DNA of 64,000 nucleotides, from assembly GCA_045863295.1 (NCBI GenBank), contig BTWA01000018.1:50170-114169 (forward strand), written 5' to 3'. The notes beneath the pieces were generated by a model, which was not told the origin of the DNA, did no database searches, and saw nothing but the letters and a program-made list of their open reading frames with translations. Below, piece by piece: positions 52,915-60,603 of the stretch. The stretch's first letter is position 1, and every line of letters starts with the position of its first letter. The position numbers and the translations under genes are program-made. The stretch is from Candidatus Hydrogenedentota bacterium. Its GTDB lineage: Bacteria; Hydrogenedentota; Hydrogenedentia; Hydrogenedentales; SLHB01.

Positions 52915-53598
52915 ATGGAACTGGCTCCATTCACGTTTCAACACGAAGGCCGTTTGGTCGGATTCCGGGCACAACCGGGAGACGAATCGGCCCTGGCTCA
53001 AGTCAATCGATTCGCGCTGCGCCCTCTGCTGGCCAGCGAAGTGGCCGTATTTACGCTCGACTTGTGCCACAACCAGATAGACCGGCACCACAGCCGGTTT
53101 CCCGAGGAAGAACTCGCGAAAATCAACGCACTCGTCGTGGGCCGGCCGCTTATGGAACGGCACGACCTGCGCGGCTCGTTGCCGCGCGGCACCTTCTTTC
53201 GCTCCGCTTTGAATCAATCCGGTGAACGAATTTCGGTGCGCCCCGATGTATATGTGCTCCGTACCCGGGACAACGAGGATTTCATTCTCAACATTGAAGG
53301 CGGCGTGTATCGGGAAACGTCCATTGGGTTTTCGTTTCGCACCCCCGAATGCTCGATCTGCAAAAAAGATCTTCGCACCTGCGACCACATTCCGGGCAGA
53401 ACCTACGGCGAGGCGGCATGCCACTACGTGATGCGCGACGTTTTGGATGTGATCGAGGGTTCCGTCGTGCCGTCCGGCTCCCAGGGCACGGGATTCGTGG
53501 CACAGGCGCGGTCGTTGCCCGCGGCCTTGAAGACCGCCCGGGAGCAATTCCACAAACCCGTGGAACTTTTCTCGCAACGCCTCTGGGCGGAGGAGTAA
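52915..53598 (+). CDS. Putative prohead maturation protease with Cys/His cluster
   Basis: IDRHHSRF, ERHD (His), ETSIGF (Ser), EGSVV...Q, as in HK97/herpes-fold proteases. Insert CSIC...CDH...C. Located between portal and capsid. Confidence 0.7.
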   Translation: MELAPFTFQHEGRLVGFRAQPGDESALAQVNRFALRPLLASEVAVFTLDLCHNQIDRHHSRFPEEELAKINALVVGRPLMERHDLRGSLPRGTFFRSALNQSGERISVRPDVYVLRTRDNEDFILNIEGGVYRETSIGFSFRTPECSICKKDLRTCDHIPGRTYGEAACHYVMRDVLDVIEGSVVPSGSQGTGFVAQARSLPAALKTAREQFHKPVELFSQRLWAEE

Positions 53599-53602
53599 CG
53601 AC

Positions 53603-53791
53603 ATGGAAGATCGTGAACGCTGCGCCTGTGGCGCCATTTATGACGTGAAAGTGGACAACCTCAAGGATGATCTGCGCGATCTGAAAGATCGAGTGCAACG
53701 CGTGGAAACAACCCTCGCGCGTGGAGTCATGCTGCTGGTGGCCAACCTCACCGGAATGGTGATCTCACTGGCACAGCAAGTGTTCGGCTGA
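53603..53791 (+). CDS. Small coiled-coil protein with C-terminal TM helix
   Basis: GGAGGAG RBS. Heptads VDNLKDDLRDLKDRVQRVE, then hydrophobic GVMLLVANLTGMVISLA. Confidence 0.7.
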   Translation: MEDRERCACGAIYDVKVDNLKDDLRDLKDRVQRVETTLARGVMLLVANLTGMVISLAQQVFG

Positions 53792-53864
53792 TCATTACCC
53801 TTATCGAATCCAACAAGTGCGCCCTATCCATGCCAAGACTCGAATCACAGGAGAACCGAAAACC

Positions 53865-54560
53865 ATGTTCTGGCAACTGACGCTCGATTCCGCCGAATCG
53901 CAAACTCACTCCAGCCCCCCGGACGGCCGCTACGTGCTGCACAGACACTGTGATGATCGCGGTCCCCATCTTGACCTGCGCCTCGAACAAAACGGGTACC
54001 TCACCGGCTGGCGTATCGAAGGAACGAAGTTGGAAGGATCCCCTTGGGCCATCGAGAAGCGCCCCCATCCACTTCGCTGGCTGGAACAGGACGGGAACGC
54101 AGAACGCCTCGATTGCGGCGAGTATGCCTGGCTCGAACAGAGCAACGATCGCCGCGTTGTGGTGATCCGGGGCCGGCATGGCTGTCGCGTAGTCCAGGCC
54201 GATCGCGCGCCCTCACTGCCACTGCACACAGTCCGGGCGGTGGTGGACATCCTCCGCGAATACAACGCTCCCATGGACGATGCCGCAAGGCTGATTCGAG
54301 ACGGCGTCACTGCCCGAAGTCGCGCCATCGCCCGCTTATGCGGGCTCGGACGGGAACTGGAAGGCGACCACTTCGACGAGGCGATATGGCGCAAGGCACT
54401 CAACGGACTGACCTTGGATGAAGTGCACCAGCAATTGCGCAGCTTCGAAAGACGCTTCGACACAGCCTTTCCCCCTACACCGGTTACGCGCCCCGAACGG
54501 CTCGATGCCGAATCCGTGGAACGGGTCGCCGGCGCCATGAGCATCGCAAGAAGCGTCTAG
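53865..54560 (+). CDS. LigD 3'-phosphoesterase-like domain fused to a helical scaffold-like region
   Basis: YVLHRH...HLDLRLE...GW...HPL...LDCGEY mirrors LigD PE FVVQKH...HYDFRLE...SW...HPLDY...WDRGTY. Charged helical C-half. AGGAGA RBS. Confidence 0.65.
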   Translation: MFWQLTLDSAESQTHSSPPDGRYVLHRHCDDRGPHLDLRLEQNGYLTGWRIEGTKLEGSPWAIEKRPHPLRWLEQDGNAERLDCGEYAWLEQSNDRRVVVIRGRHGCRVVQADRAPSLPLHTVRAVVDILREYNAPMDDAARLIRDGVTARSRAIARLCGLGRELEGDHFDEAIWRKALNGLTLDEVHQQLRSFERRFDTAFPPTPVTRPERLDAESVERVAGAMSIARSV

Positions 54561-54657
54561 TCTCGGTTGCCTCGCCAGGAATACGCGCCAAGTACATGTT
54601 CTCACACATCCGTATTCGGGAACTCTCAATCGGTCGGACGATCAGCATTGGCGTGTA

Positions 54658-54682
54658 GTGCAACAAACAGATCCCAATAAGT
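54658..54682 (+). promoter_or_regulatory. Conserved motif GTGCAACA-N10-AATARGT, copy 2 (upstream of decoration/capsid genes)
   Basis: GTGCAACAAACAGATCCCAATAAGT, ending 54 nt before the ATG. Confidence 0.7.
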
Positions 54683-54736
54683 AAGCAATGTCGACTACGC
54701 CACTCGGAAGTGTGGCATGCAAGAGGAGATTCAATC

Positions 54737-55117
54737 ATGGCATTTGGTGATATCGGCGGGGCGGTGACCGAACTGGTCATCACCTGCAAAACGCCGGCAA
54801 GCGGCACGGTAGCCATCGCGAAAGGCGACGCCGTAAAGCTCGACGGCGACTACCTCGTGGACAACGCAACGGACGCGGAAGACGCAGTTTTCGGCCAAGC
54901 CCTGGCCGCCTCGGAACGCAACGCGGAGGCAATTCCCGTGAAAGTGCGGGGCATCTGTGTGTTCGCCTACACGGGAACGGCTCCCACGGCAGACGGCGTG
55001 CAGGGCATCGTCGCGTCCGCTACAGACGGCAAGGTGAAAGCTCCCGCTTCCGGTAACGGACGCGGCATTAACGTGAAGGTGGACGCGGCGCAAACGCTTG
55101 TCCACGTTCTGCTGTAA
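54737..55117 (+). CDS. Putative head decoration/cement protein
   Basis: 126 aa, Gly/Ala/Val/Thr-rich beta-type (IAKGDAVKL, VFGQA, DGKVKA). GAGGAG RBS. Immediately precedes the capsid gene. Confidence 0.65.
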   Translation: MAFGDIGGAVTELVITCKTPASGTVAIAKGDAVKLDGDYLVDNATDAEDAVFGQALAASERNAEAIPVKVRGICVFAYTGTAPTADGVQGIVASATDGKVKAPASGNGRGINVKVDAAQTLVHVLL

Positions 55118-55131
55118 GGAGACAGCCCATC

Positions 55132-56178
55132 ATGACATTTCGAAACGATTGTATGAAAGAACGCGTGGCGTTTCTGAGCCGCGACCCCGAACAACTCCGG
55201 CAATCCCGCGGCCTCGAATTGTATGAGACGCTTGGCGCGCTGGGCCTGTCGCACCAGCAGTACTTCCGCGCGCTCGGCACCAACGCCGAGGATTATTGCG
55301 CGCAAGAGTTCGGCATCGACCTGCAACGCATCACCGTGGACAGGTTTTTCCAATCCGATCCCAACGCGAAGTGGCTCTTTCCGGACATCGTCCGCGAAGC
55401 GGTGCTCACCGGGATGAAGCGCAAGCCCGCCTACCCCGAACTCATCATCCGCGACGAAGCCATCGAAGGTACGGCCTACAACGTGCCGTACGTCGAAGAA
55501 TCCGAGGCGGAAGAGGAACTGCGTGGCGTGGCCGAAGGCGCTGCCATTCCCGAATCCGCCATTACCTATGGCGACCGCATCGTGCGCCTCGACAAGAAAG
55601 GCCGCGGCGTTATCGCGTCCTACGAAGTCATTCGCCGCATGTCCGTGGACATGTTGCGCGTCCATCTGATGCGCATGGGCGAGCGCCTCGGCAGGCACCT
55701 CGACGCGCGCCTGGCCACCGTGCTGGCCTCCGGCGACGGCTCCGGCAGCACCGCGCCAACCGTTCTCAATACGGCCACCGCCGCCACCTGGACCTATGCC
55801 GACATTCTCAAAGGCTTCATGAAGCTGTCGTTGGAAAAGTACTTCACGCCGACGCACATGATCGCCAACGCGGACCTGGCCCAGACCATTCTCAAAATGA
55901 GCGAATTCTCCGAAGCCGCTCTATTCGATTTCGCGAAAACGGGCAATCTGCCCACCCCGTTGGGCGTGAAGCTGGTGCCCATGGCCGATCAACCCGCAAA
56001 CAAACTCACCATTCTCGACGCGGGCCATGCCGTGCAGAAACTGACCGAGCAGGACCTGCTCGTCGAAAGCGACAAACTCATCCATCAGCAATGGGACCGC
56101 ACGTATCTGACGGTCGTGACCGACTTCGCGATCATCTACAACGATGCGCGCATCGTCGTGAACAGCGATTGGTCGTAA
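55132..56178 (+). CDS. Phage-type major capsid protein (HK97-fold-like)
   Basis: 348 aa. LFPDIV, VAEGAAIPES...VRLDKKGR...SYEVIRR (E-loop/P-domain pattern), spine helix LMRMGERLGRHLD. TAAGGAG RBS. Confidence 0.85.
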   Translation: MTFRNDCMKERVAFLSRDPEQLRQSRGLELYETLGALGLSHQQYFRALGTNAEDYCAQEFGIDLQRITVDRFFQSDPNAKWLFPDIVREAVLTGMKRKPAYPELIIRDEAIEGTAYNVPYVEESEAEEELRGVAEGAAIPESAITYGDRIVRLDKKGRGVIASYEVIRRMSVDMLRVHLMRMGERLGRHLDARLATVLASGDGSGSTAPTVLNTATAATWTYADILKGFMKLSLEKYFTPTHMIANADLAQTILKMSEFSEAALFDFAKTGNLPTPLGVKLVPMADQPANKLTILDAGHAVQKLTEQDLLVESDKLIHQQWDRTYLTVVTDFAIIYNDARIVVNSDWS

Positions 56179-56193
56179 ACAACGTTCCGGTTC

Positions 56194-56219
56194 GCGGGGC
56201 AGGCCTTGGCCTGCCCCGC
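56194..56219 (+). terminator. Perfect GC hairpin after capsid gene (no U-tract)
   Basis: GCGGGGCAGGCC-TT-GGCCTGCCCCGC. Confidence 0.55.
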
Positions 56220-56233
56220 TCCAAGGAGGCTCC

Positions 56234-56650
56234 ATGGCCGTATTCACCAACGAGACCGCGGTGCGAGTTAAGTTCCAACTCGCGGACACCACATTGGTAA
56301 CCCCTGCGCTTATCGAACAAAGCATCGAAGACGCCCACGCCGAAGTGCTTCGCTTTCTGGCTCCCGAAGTTGATACCGAGTCCCCGGAAGACGCGCTGGT
56401 CGTAGGCGAGACTCTGCTCGCCGGCGCCCATGTATACCGCTCCCTCGCCGCGCACGACGCCGCGAACCAGAAGCACATAGCGATCGGCGCCAACCGCATC
56501 GAGGCCGGCAAGCGTTTCGAGGCGTTGAATGCCATTGCCGAAGTTGTCGAACGTCAGGCCTGGTACATACTCGAGCCCTACGTGGCCCACATCCCCGCGC
56601 GCTCCGCCATTGCGTTAACGGAATCCACACCCGTGATGGGAGAAGCATGA
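56234..56650 (+). CDS. Putative head-tail adaptor/connector
   Basis: 138 aa helical. FTNETAVR...IEQSIEDAHAEV...ILEPYV pattern. Directly after the capsid gene. AAGGAGG RBS. Confidence 0.6.
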   Translation: MAVFTNETAVRVKFQLADTTLVTPALIEQSIEDAHAEVLRFLAPEVDTESPEDALVVGETLLAGAHVYRSLAAHDAANQKHIAIGANRIEAGKRFEALNAIAEVVERQAWYILEPYVAHIPARSAIALTESTPVMGEA

Positions 56651-56651
56651 C

Positions 56652-57338
56652 ATGGCCATCACGCTCGGCAACGTCACATTCGACCACGCGCATACGGCAG
56701 CCCTCGAATCGCACGACGAAGTCGGAGGCCGCGACGGCCGGCGCATTCGGATCTCGGGTCTCATTCTGGGGCAACCCTCGCTGACCGCCATACACGAACA
56801 ACTGGATGCGATTCTGGATGCCGCCTCCGCCGATGAATACAACGCAGCCCTCTCGCTGCGCCCAGGCCGCCGCATGTGGGTGCGGCGCGAGGAATTCGAA
56901 CGTGCCGTGGCCAACGACGCGCTTGTCGGCTCCTTTCAACTCGTGCTTGAGGCAAAGGACCCACACGAAGAATCGGTGGCCGAAATAGCATTGAACTGGA
57001 CGATTGACGCATCCGGAGACACCTTGAGCGTCACAGCCATGGGCAACGTGTTTTCGGAACCCCGGATAACACTCACCGCCGTGGGCGACCTCGTCAATCC
57101 CGCGCTATCGGACGGTACGCGCCAGATCGCCTATAGCGGCACTGCACTCGCCGGTTCGGTATTGGTCTTCGACGGACCAGCCAAGTCCGTTCGCCTGAAC
57201 GGCGACGACGTCACACCCTATGCCACAGGCGAATTCCCCACAATCGCTCCCGAAGGCACCGTATTGACATTTTTCGACGACACTGCAAGCGCGCACCAAG
57301 CCCAGGCCGTAGTCGCCTTCCGGGACCGGTGGTGGTGA
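56652..57338 (+). CDS. Distal-tail (Dit)-like protein
   Basis: FQLVLEAKDPH, GNVFSEPRITL, GSVLVFDG...VRLNG...GEFPTIAP, and a terminal FRDRWW, typical of siphophage Dit proteins. Confidence 0.65.
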   Translation: MAITLGNVTFDHAHTAALESHDEVGGRDGRRIRISGLILGQPSLTAIHEQLDAILDAASADEYNAALSLRPGRRMWVRREEFERAVANDALVGSFQLVLEAKDPHEESVAEIALNWTIDASGDTLSVTAMGNVFSEPRITLTAVGDLVNPALSDGTRQIAYSGTALAGSVLVFDGPAKSVRLNGDDVTPYATGEFPTIAPEGTVLTFFDDTASAHQAQAVVAFRDRWW

Positions 57339-57340
57339 CC

Positions 57341-59080
57341 ATGCAATACCGAATCGAAATTTGGGATATCTGGAATCGCCGTATCGCTTCCCTCGAAGAC
57401 GTACCGCTTGTAGAAGCCACCCGAACGCTGCCCGGCAAGGCCGACACAATCCGCGGCGTGCTCCCCGATTCCCTGACGCAACTGGGGCACGGATACCGCG
57501 TGAAAGTCATTGTGGACGGCCAGCTCTTCTGCGAAGGTGTTGTGGACTCGGTGGAGCCGGGCTGGGGCGACACACGAAAACTCATCCTCGATCAATACGT
57601 GCCCTTTCACAAGGTCATCGCATTCGAGGCAAAGTCCGAACCCCGCCCGGGCAACTCCCGCATTGCGATGGCATTTGAAAACCGCCCTGTTCACGAAATG
57701 GTGAGGGCCATAGTCAACGCCGCGCCCGGAGCGATTCACTACACCGTGGCTCATCAGGCCTATCCCGATGGCGCGGTCCGCGAATTCGCGAAATTCGAAT
57801 CGCGCAAATCACCGGAAAACGAATTGGGCGTCGGCTCAATCGACACCGGCCAATGGGTAGGTTCAGGCCGAATGGACCTGTCGGCTGCATTCGCCAAAGA
57901 CGGCGACACGATCGCAGGCATTGTCGTCGACGGCGCTCCATGGCCCGATCTCCGGTTGATGCTGATCGATTGCGAAGAAACAAGCCTGAACAGCCATGCC
58001 GTAAGCAGACACCCCGAAACCGAATTCTGGACATCCGGCGAGTACAACGCGAGCGGATACAAATACAAAGCCGACGCCGCAAAGGCAGCCCTGCAGGACC
58101 TCATCAACACGAACGGAATCGACTATATCGAACTGAATCCACATCGCGACACCGAGGGAAATTTCGACGATCGCATCGACGCATTCGGACGCTACATCGG
58201 CCTTGTATACGGCGGCGGACAATGCCTGAATGCGGCTATGGTCGAGCTGGGCCATGCCGACGTGTACCTCTACCAGGATGGCAAGTTTCACGTGCCCGAA
58301 ATGGCGCTCAAGGATTTCTACTCCTACGCCGCACCGGCTCAAGACTCCGTGGAGGAAACCTCCGCCTCCCTCGTAAGCTACGACATCGCAGCCGGTGCAT
58401 TGGAAGCATTGACGGCGCTGGCCTACGCCGCCGGCGGATACATCTGGTCCGTGGGGCTGGACCTGGCCGTAACCTTCCGGAAGGCAACCGTCGCGGATAC
58501 CGTGGTTCACTTTGACCCCGTAGAGATGAGCGTAACGCTCGGCTCCGGCGATAGCGGCGTTGTAAACGCCGTCTTCTTCGAAGGAAATCCCGTGAATGCC
58601 CCGCTCGCAAAAACCTACGTGCGCAGCGCCAGCGTAAACGCGCTGGGATTCCGAAGCCGCTCACTGGAGTACGGCGCACTGCGCGTCGAAGCAGACGCCG
58701 ACCAACTCGTCTCCGGCATATTGGACGACACCGCATACCCGGTCGTAACCGGCGAAGTCTCGTTCCATCACGGCCATCCCGGTATCCACGCCGGCGATCT
58801 GATGGCCTTTCGCGGCGAACCGTTTCGCAGGCTGAGCCCCGCTCTCGACCACGAATGGAACAACGCATTCCCCGGCACATTAATCGCCCGCGCCGCGGAA
58901 GTCCGCCACAGGTTCTCCGGCCGCGTCGTAAACACGCGCGTGTTCCTGACATCCCCGTTGCGCTCCGTGAACGCGCCCATTGAATTCATGGTCCGCACGC
59001 AACCGCCGCTCGCCACCTTTTTTGAATTCCGTCTCGACAACGCCGTGGTCGGCCTGGACATGGGCTACCACCTGGACTGA
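57341..59080 (+). CDS. Baseplate hub/Tal-like protein
   Basis: Follows Dit. N-terminal IEIWD...RIASL, LFCEGVV; ALEALTALA...WSV; VVNAVFFEG; IHAGDLM, as in hub folds. Confidence 0.55.
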   Translation: MQYRIEIWDIWNRRIASLEDVPLVEATRTLPGKADTIRGVLPDSLTQLGHGYRVKVIVDGQLFCEGVVDSVEPGWGDTRKLILDQYVPFHKVIAFEAKSEPRPGNSRIAMAFENRPVHEMVRAIVNAAPGAIHYTVAHQAYPDGAVREFAKFESRKSPENELGVGSIDTGQWVGSGRMDLSAAFAKDGDTIAGIVVDGAPWPDLRLMLIDCEETSLNSHAVSRHPETEFWTSGEYNASGYKYKADAAKAALQDLINTNGIDYIELNPHRDTEGNFDDRIDAFGRYIGLVYGGGQCLNAAMVELGHADVYLYQDGKFHVPEMALKDFYSYAAPAQDSVEETSASLVSYDIAAGALEALTALAYAAGGYIWSVGLDLAVTFRKATVADTVVHFDPVEMSVTLGSGDSGVVNAVFFEGNPVNAPLAKTYVRSASVNALGFRSRSLEYGALRVEADADQLVSGILDDTAYPVVTGEVSFHHGHPGIHAGDLMAFRGEPFRRLSPALDHEWNNAFPGTLIARAAEVRHRFSGRVVNTRVFLTSPLRSVNAPIEFMVRTQPPLATFFEFRLDNAVVGLDMGYHLD

Positions 59081-59088
59081 GGAAAATC

Positions 59089-59610
59089 ATGGCTATCAAA
59101 GGACAGGGATACGTAAAAACCACATGGGCCTTCGAAGAACGCCCCGTGGCGTCTTCCAAACTGAACACATGGGACGACCGAATCGAAGCCGCCCTGGAAC
59201 TCGCATTCCATCTGTTGAATCACGCATGGGGCGGAGATTCCGGCGTGCTGCGCAACGCAACAGCGGACGACCTGCGAGTCCACGCGACCACCCCGGAAAG
59301 CGTCCGCGTGCGAGTAGAACCCGGATACGCCTTCATTTCGAAATGCCCATTCCGGATGACCGGACCCGCCGAAACCGGCGATCTCGCCCCGCCCGCGGCC
59401 CAACCCCGGATCGATCTCGTTCAAGCGAGGCTCGACACCTGGTCCGTCCAAGTGCTCACCGGCGTCGAATCCGCCACCCCGTCTCCGCCTGTCGCGGGCA
59501 CGGACTGCATCGCACTCGCGCAAATCTACCTGCGCCCCGGAATGACCACCATCAAAGACGCCGACGACAGCGTCAACGGATACATCACCGATGTCAGAAC
59601 ATTCTTATAA
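59089..59610 (+). CDS. Baseplate/fibre-associated minor structural protein
   Basis: LRVHAT...VRVEPGYAFI, PRIDLVQARLD, IALAQIY, ITDVR pattern of phage minor tail proteins. Confidence 0.55.
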   Translation: MAIKGQGYVKTTWAFEERPVASSKLNTWDDRIEAALELAFHLLNHAWGGDSGVLRNATADDLRVHATTPESVRVRVEPGYAFISKCPFRMTGPAETGDLAPPAAQPRIDLVQARLDTWSVQVLTGVESATPSPPVAGTDCIALAQIYLRPGMTTIKDADDSVNGYITDVRTFL

Positions 59611-60058
59611 CGGACGAAACGACCTCCGCCTCGTCGCCGAGGTCGACGGCGAAAAACTCACCCACTTCCGGTTGAAAGAATTCGAAAACCGCCAAGGCCT
59701 CGCCATGGTCCATCGCACCGCTTTGGAATCCCTCGAAAGGGTCCGCCGTGAACTGCGCGCCATGGCCGGCGAAGACGTATGGATCATCGTCACCGACGCC
59801 GTCCGCACCCCCGAAGACCTGGACCGCCTCGCCGAGCGGCTCGGCTGGGCCGATCAAGGCGGGCTCGTCTCCCGCCGCTCCAAACACCTCGCCGAATTCG
59901 GCGGCATCGCCGTCGATATCGTCGCCGTGATCGCAAGCAACCGCGCCCGAGTCCCCCAGAAGACCCTCGGAAACGTGTGCCGATCCCATTTCGATTTCGT
60001 GAAAGACGACTACAAAGACGGTCACGTACACGCGGACAACCGCGAACGCGGCCGATGA
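59591..60058 (+). CDS. Peptidase M15-like endolysin
   Basis: HFRLKEF, LERVR, VTDAVRT, SKH...GIAVDI, HVHAD give the M15/LAS zinc ligands H-x-D...HxH. Confidence 0.75.
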   Translation: MSEHSYNGRNDLRLVAEVDGEKLTHFRLKEFENRQGLAMVHRTALESLERVRRELRAMAGEDVWIIVTDAVRTPEDLDRLAERLGWADQGGLVSRRSKHLAEFGGIAVDIVAVIASNRARVPQKTLGNVCRSHFDFVKDDYKDGHVHADNRERGR

Positions 60059-60082
60059 ACAATACCCAAAGGGAGTGAAAAT

Positions 60083-60442
60083 ATGGACTGGATAAACAAC
60101 GAAGCAGGCCTCGTCATGCTCAGCACCATCATCAGCGGACTATGGGCCTTCTTCAAATCGCAGGAATGGCTCCGGCTCGCAAAAGAACACAAGGGAGAAA
60201 AGGCGCTCCTGGCACTCGAAGCCGGCGTGCACCACGCCTACGAAGAATACGTGCGCGCCATCAAAGCCGCAAGAACCGACGGCAAACTCACCCCCGAAGA
60301 ACGCCGCCGCGCACGCGATCTCGCCGTGCATGCCGCCGTCGAATTCGGCCGAAATGAAGGCGTCGATGTCATGACAGAACTCGGCGTCTCCTACATCGAC
60401 GCCTGGCTTAAACGCCTCCTCCAACAAATAAAAACACACTGA
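60083..60442 (+). CDS. Putative holin-like membrane protein
   Basis: Single N-terminal TM, then AGVHHAYEEYV...GKLTPEE...IDAWL (LL-H-holin-like layout). Adjacent to the endolysin. GGGAG RBS. Confidence 0.55.
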   Translation: MDWINNEAGLVMLSTIISGLWAFFKSQEWLRLAKEHKGEKALLALEAGVHHAYEEYVRAIKAARTDGKLTPEERRRARDLAVHAAVEFGRNEGVDVMTELGVSYIDAWLKRLLQQIKTH

Positions 60443-60443
60443 G

Positions 60444-60512
60444 CGCGGGGAAAGCGGCGACGGACCTGAGTCGAGTTGAAACGACGAGACAACGGCCGTC
60501 GCCCTCCCCGCG
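60444..60512. repeat. Long interrupted inverted repeat between convergent genes
   Basis: CGCGGGGA(60444-51)/TCCCCGCG(60505-12) and GGCGACGG(60456-63)/CCGTCGCC(60496-503). Confidence 0.55.
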
Positions 60513-60603
60513 ACATCACGCGCGCAAAATCCGCACAGAAAAGAAAACCCGCATCAACTTCAAGGCCGAAACCGCTCACTGCCTGAATCACCAAACTCCG
60601 TGG

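Larger units (their letters stand above)
51609..60442 (+). other. Compact phage-structural cassette (GTA-like / domesticated prophage module)
   Basis: 11 co-oriented intact ORFs in head, adaptor, baseplate, lysis order. No integrase, repressor, replication, terminase, tail tube or tape measure in the window. Confidence 0.75.

Noticed and set aside
53865..54560. Host NHEJ (Ku/LigD) locus
   Set aside because: No Ku, ligase or polymerase domain nearby. Only the PE-like domain is present, embedded in the head module.
55132..56178. Encapsulin nanocompartment or contractile injection system/tailocin
   Set aside because: Portal, protease, adaptor and lysis genes argue against an encapsulin. There is no sheath or tube, and a capsid is present, which argues against CIS or tailocin.
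51609..60442. Intact inducible prophage
   Set aside because: No integrase, repressor, replication or terminase genes and no att-like direct repeats seen. Too small, and flanked directly by host genes.
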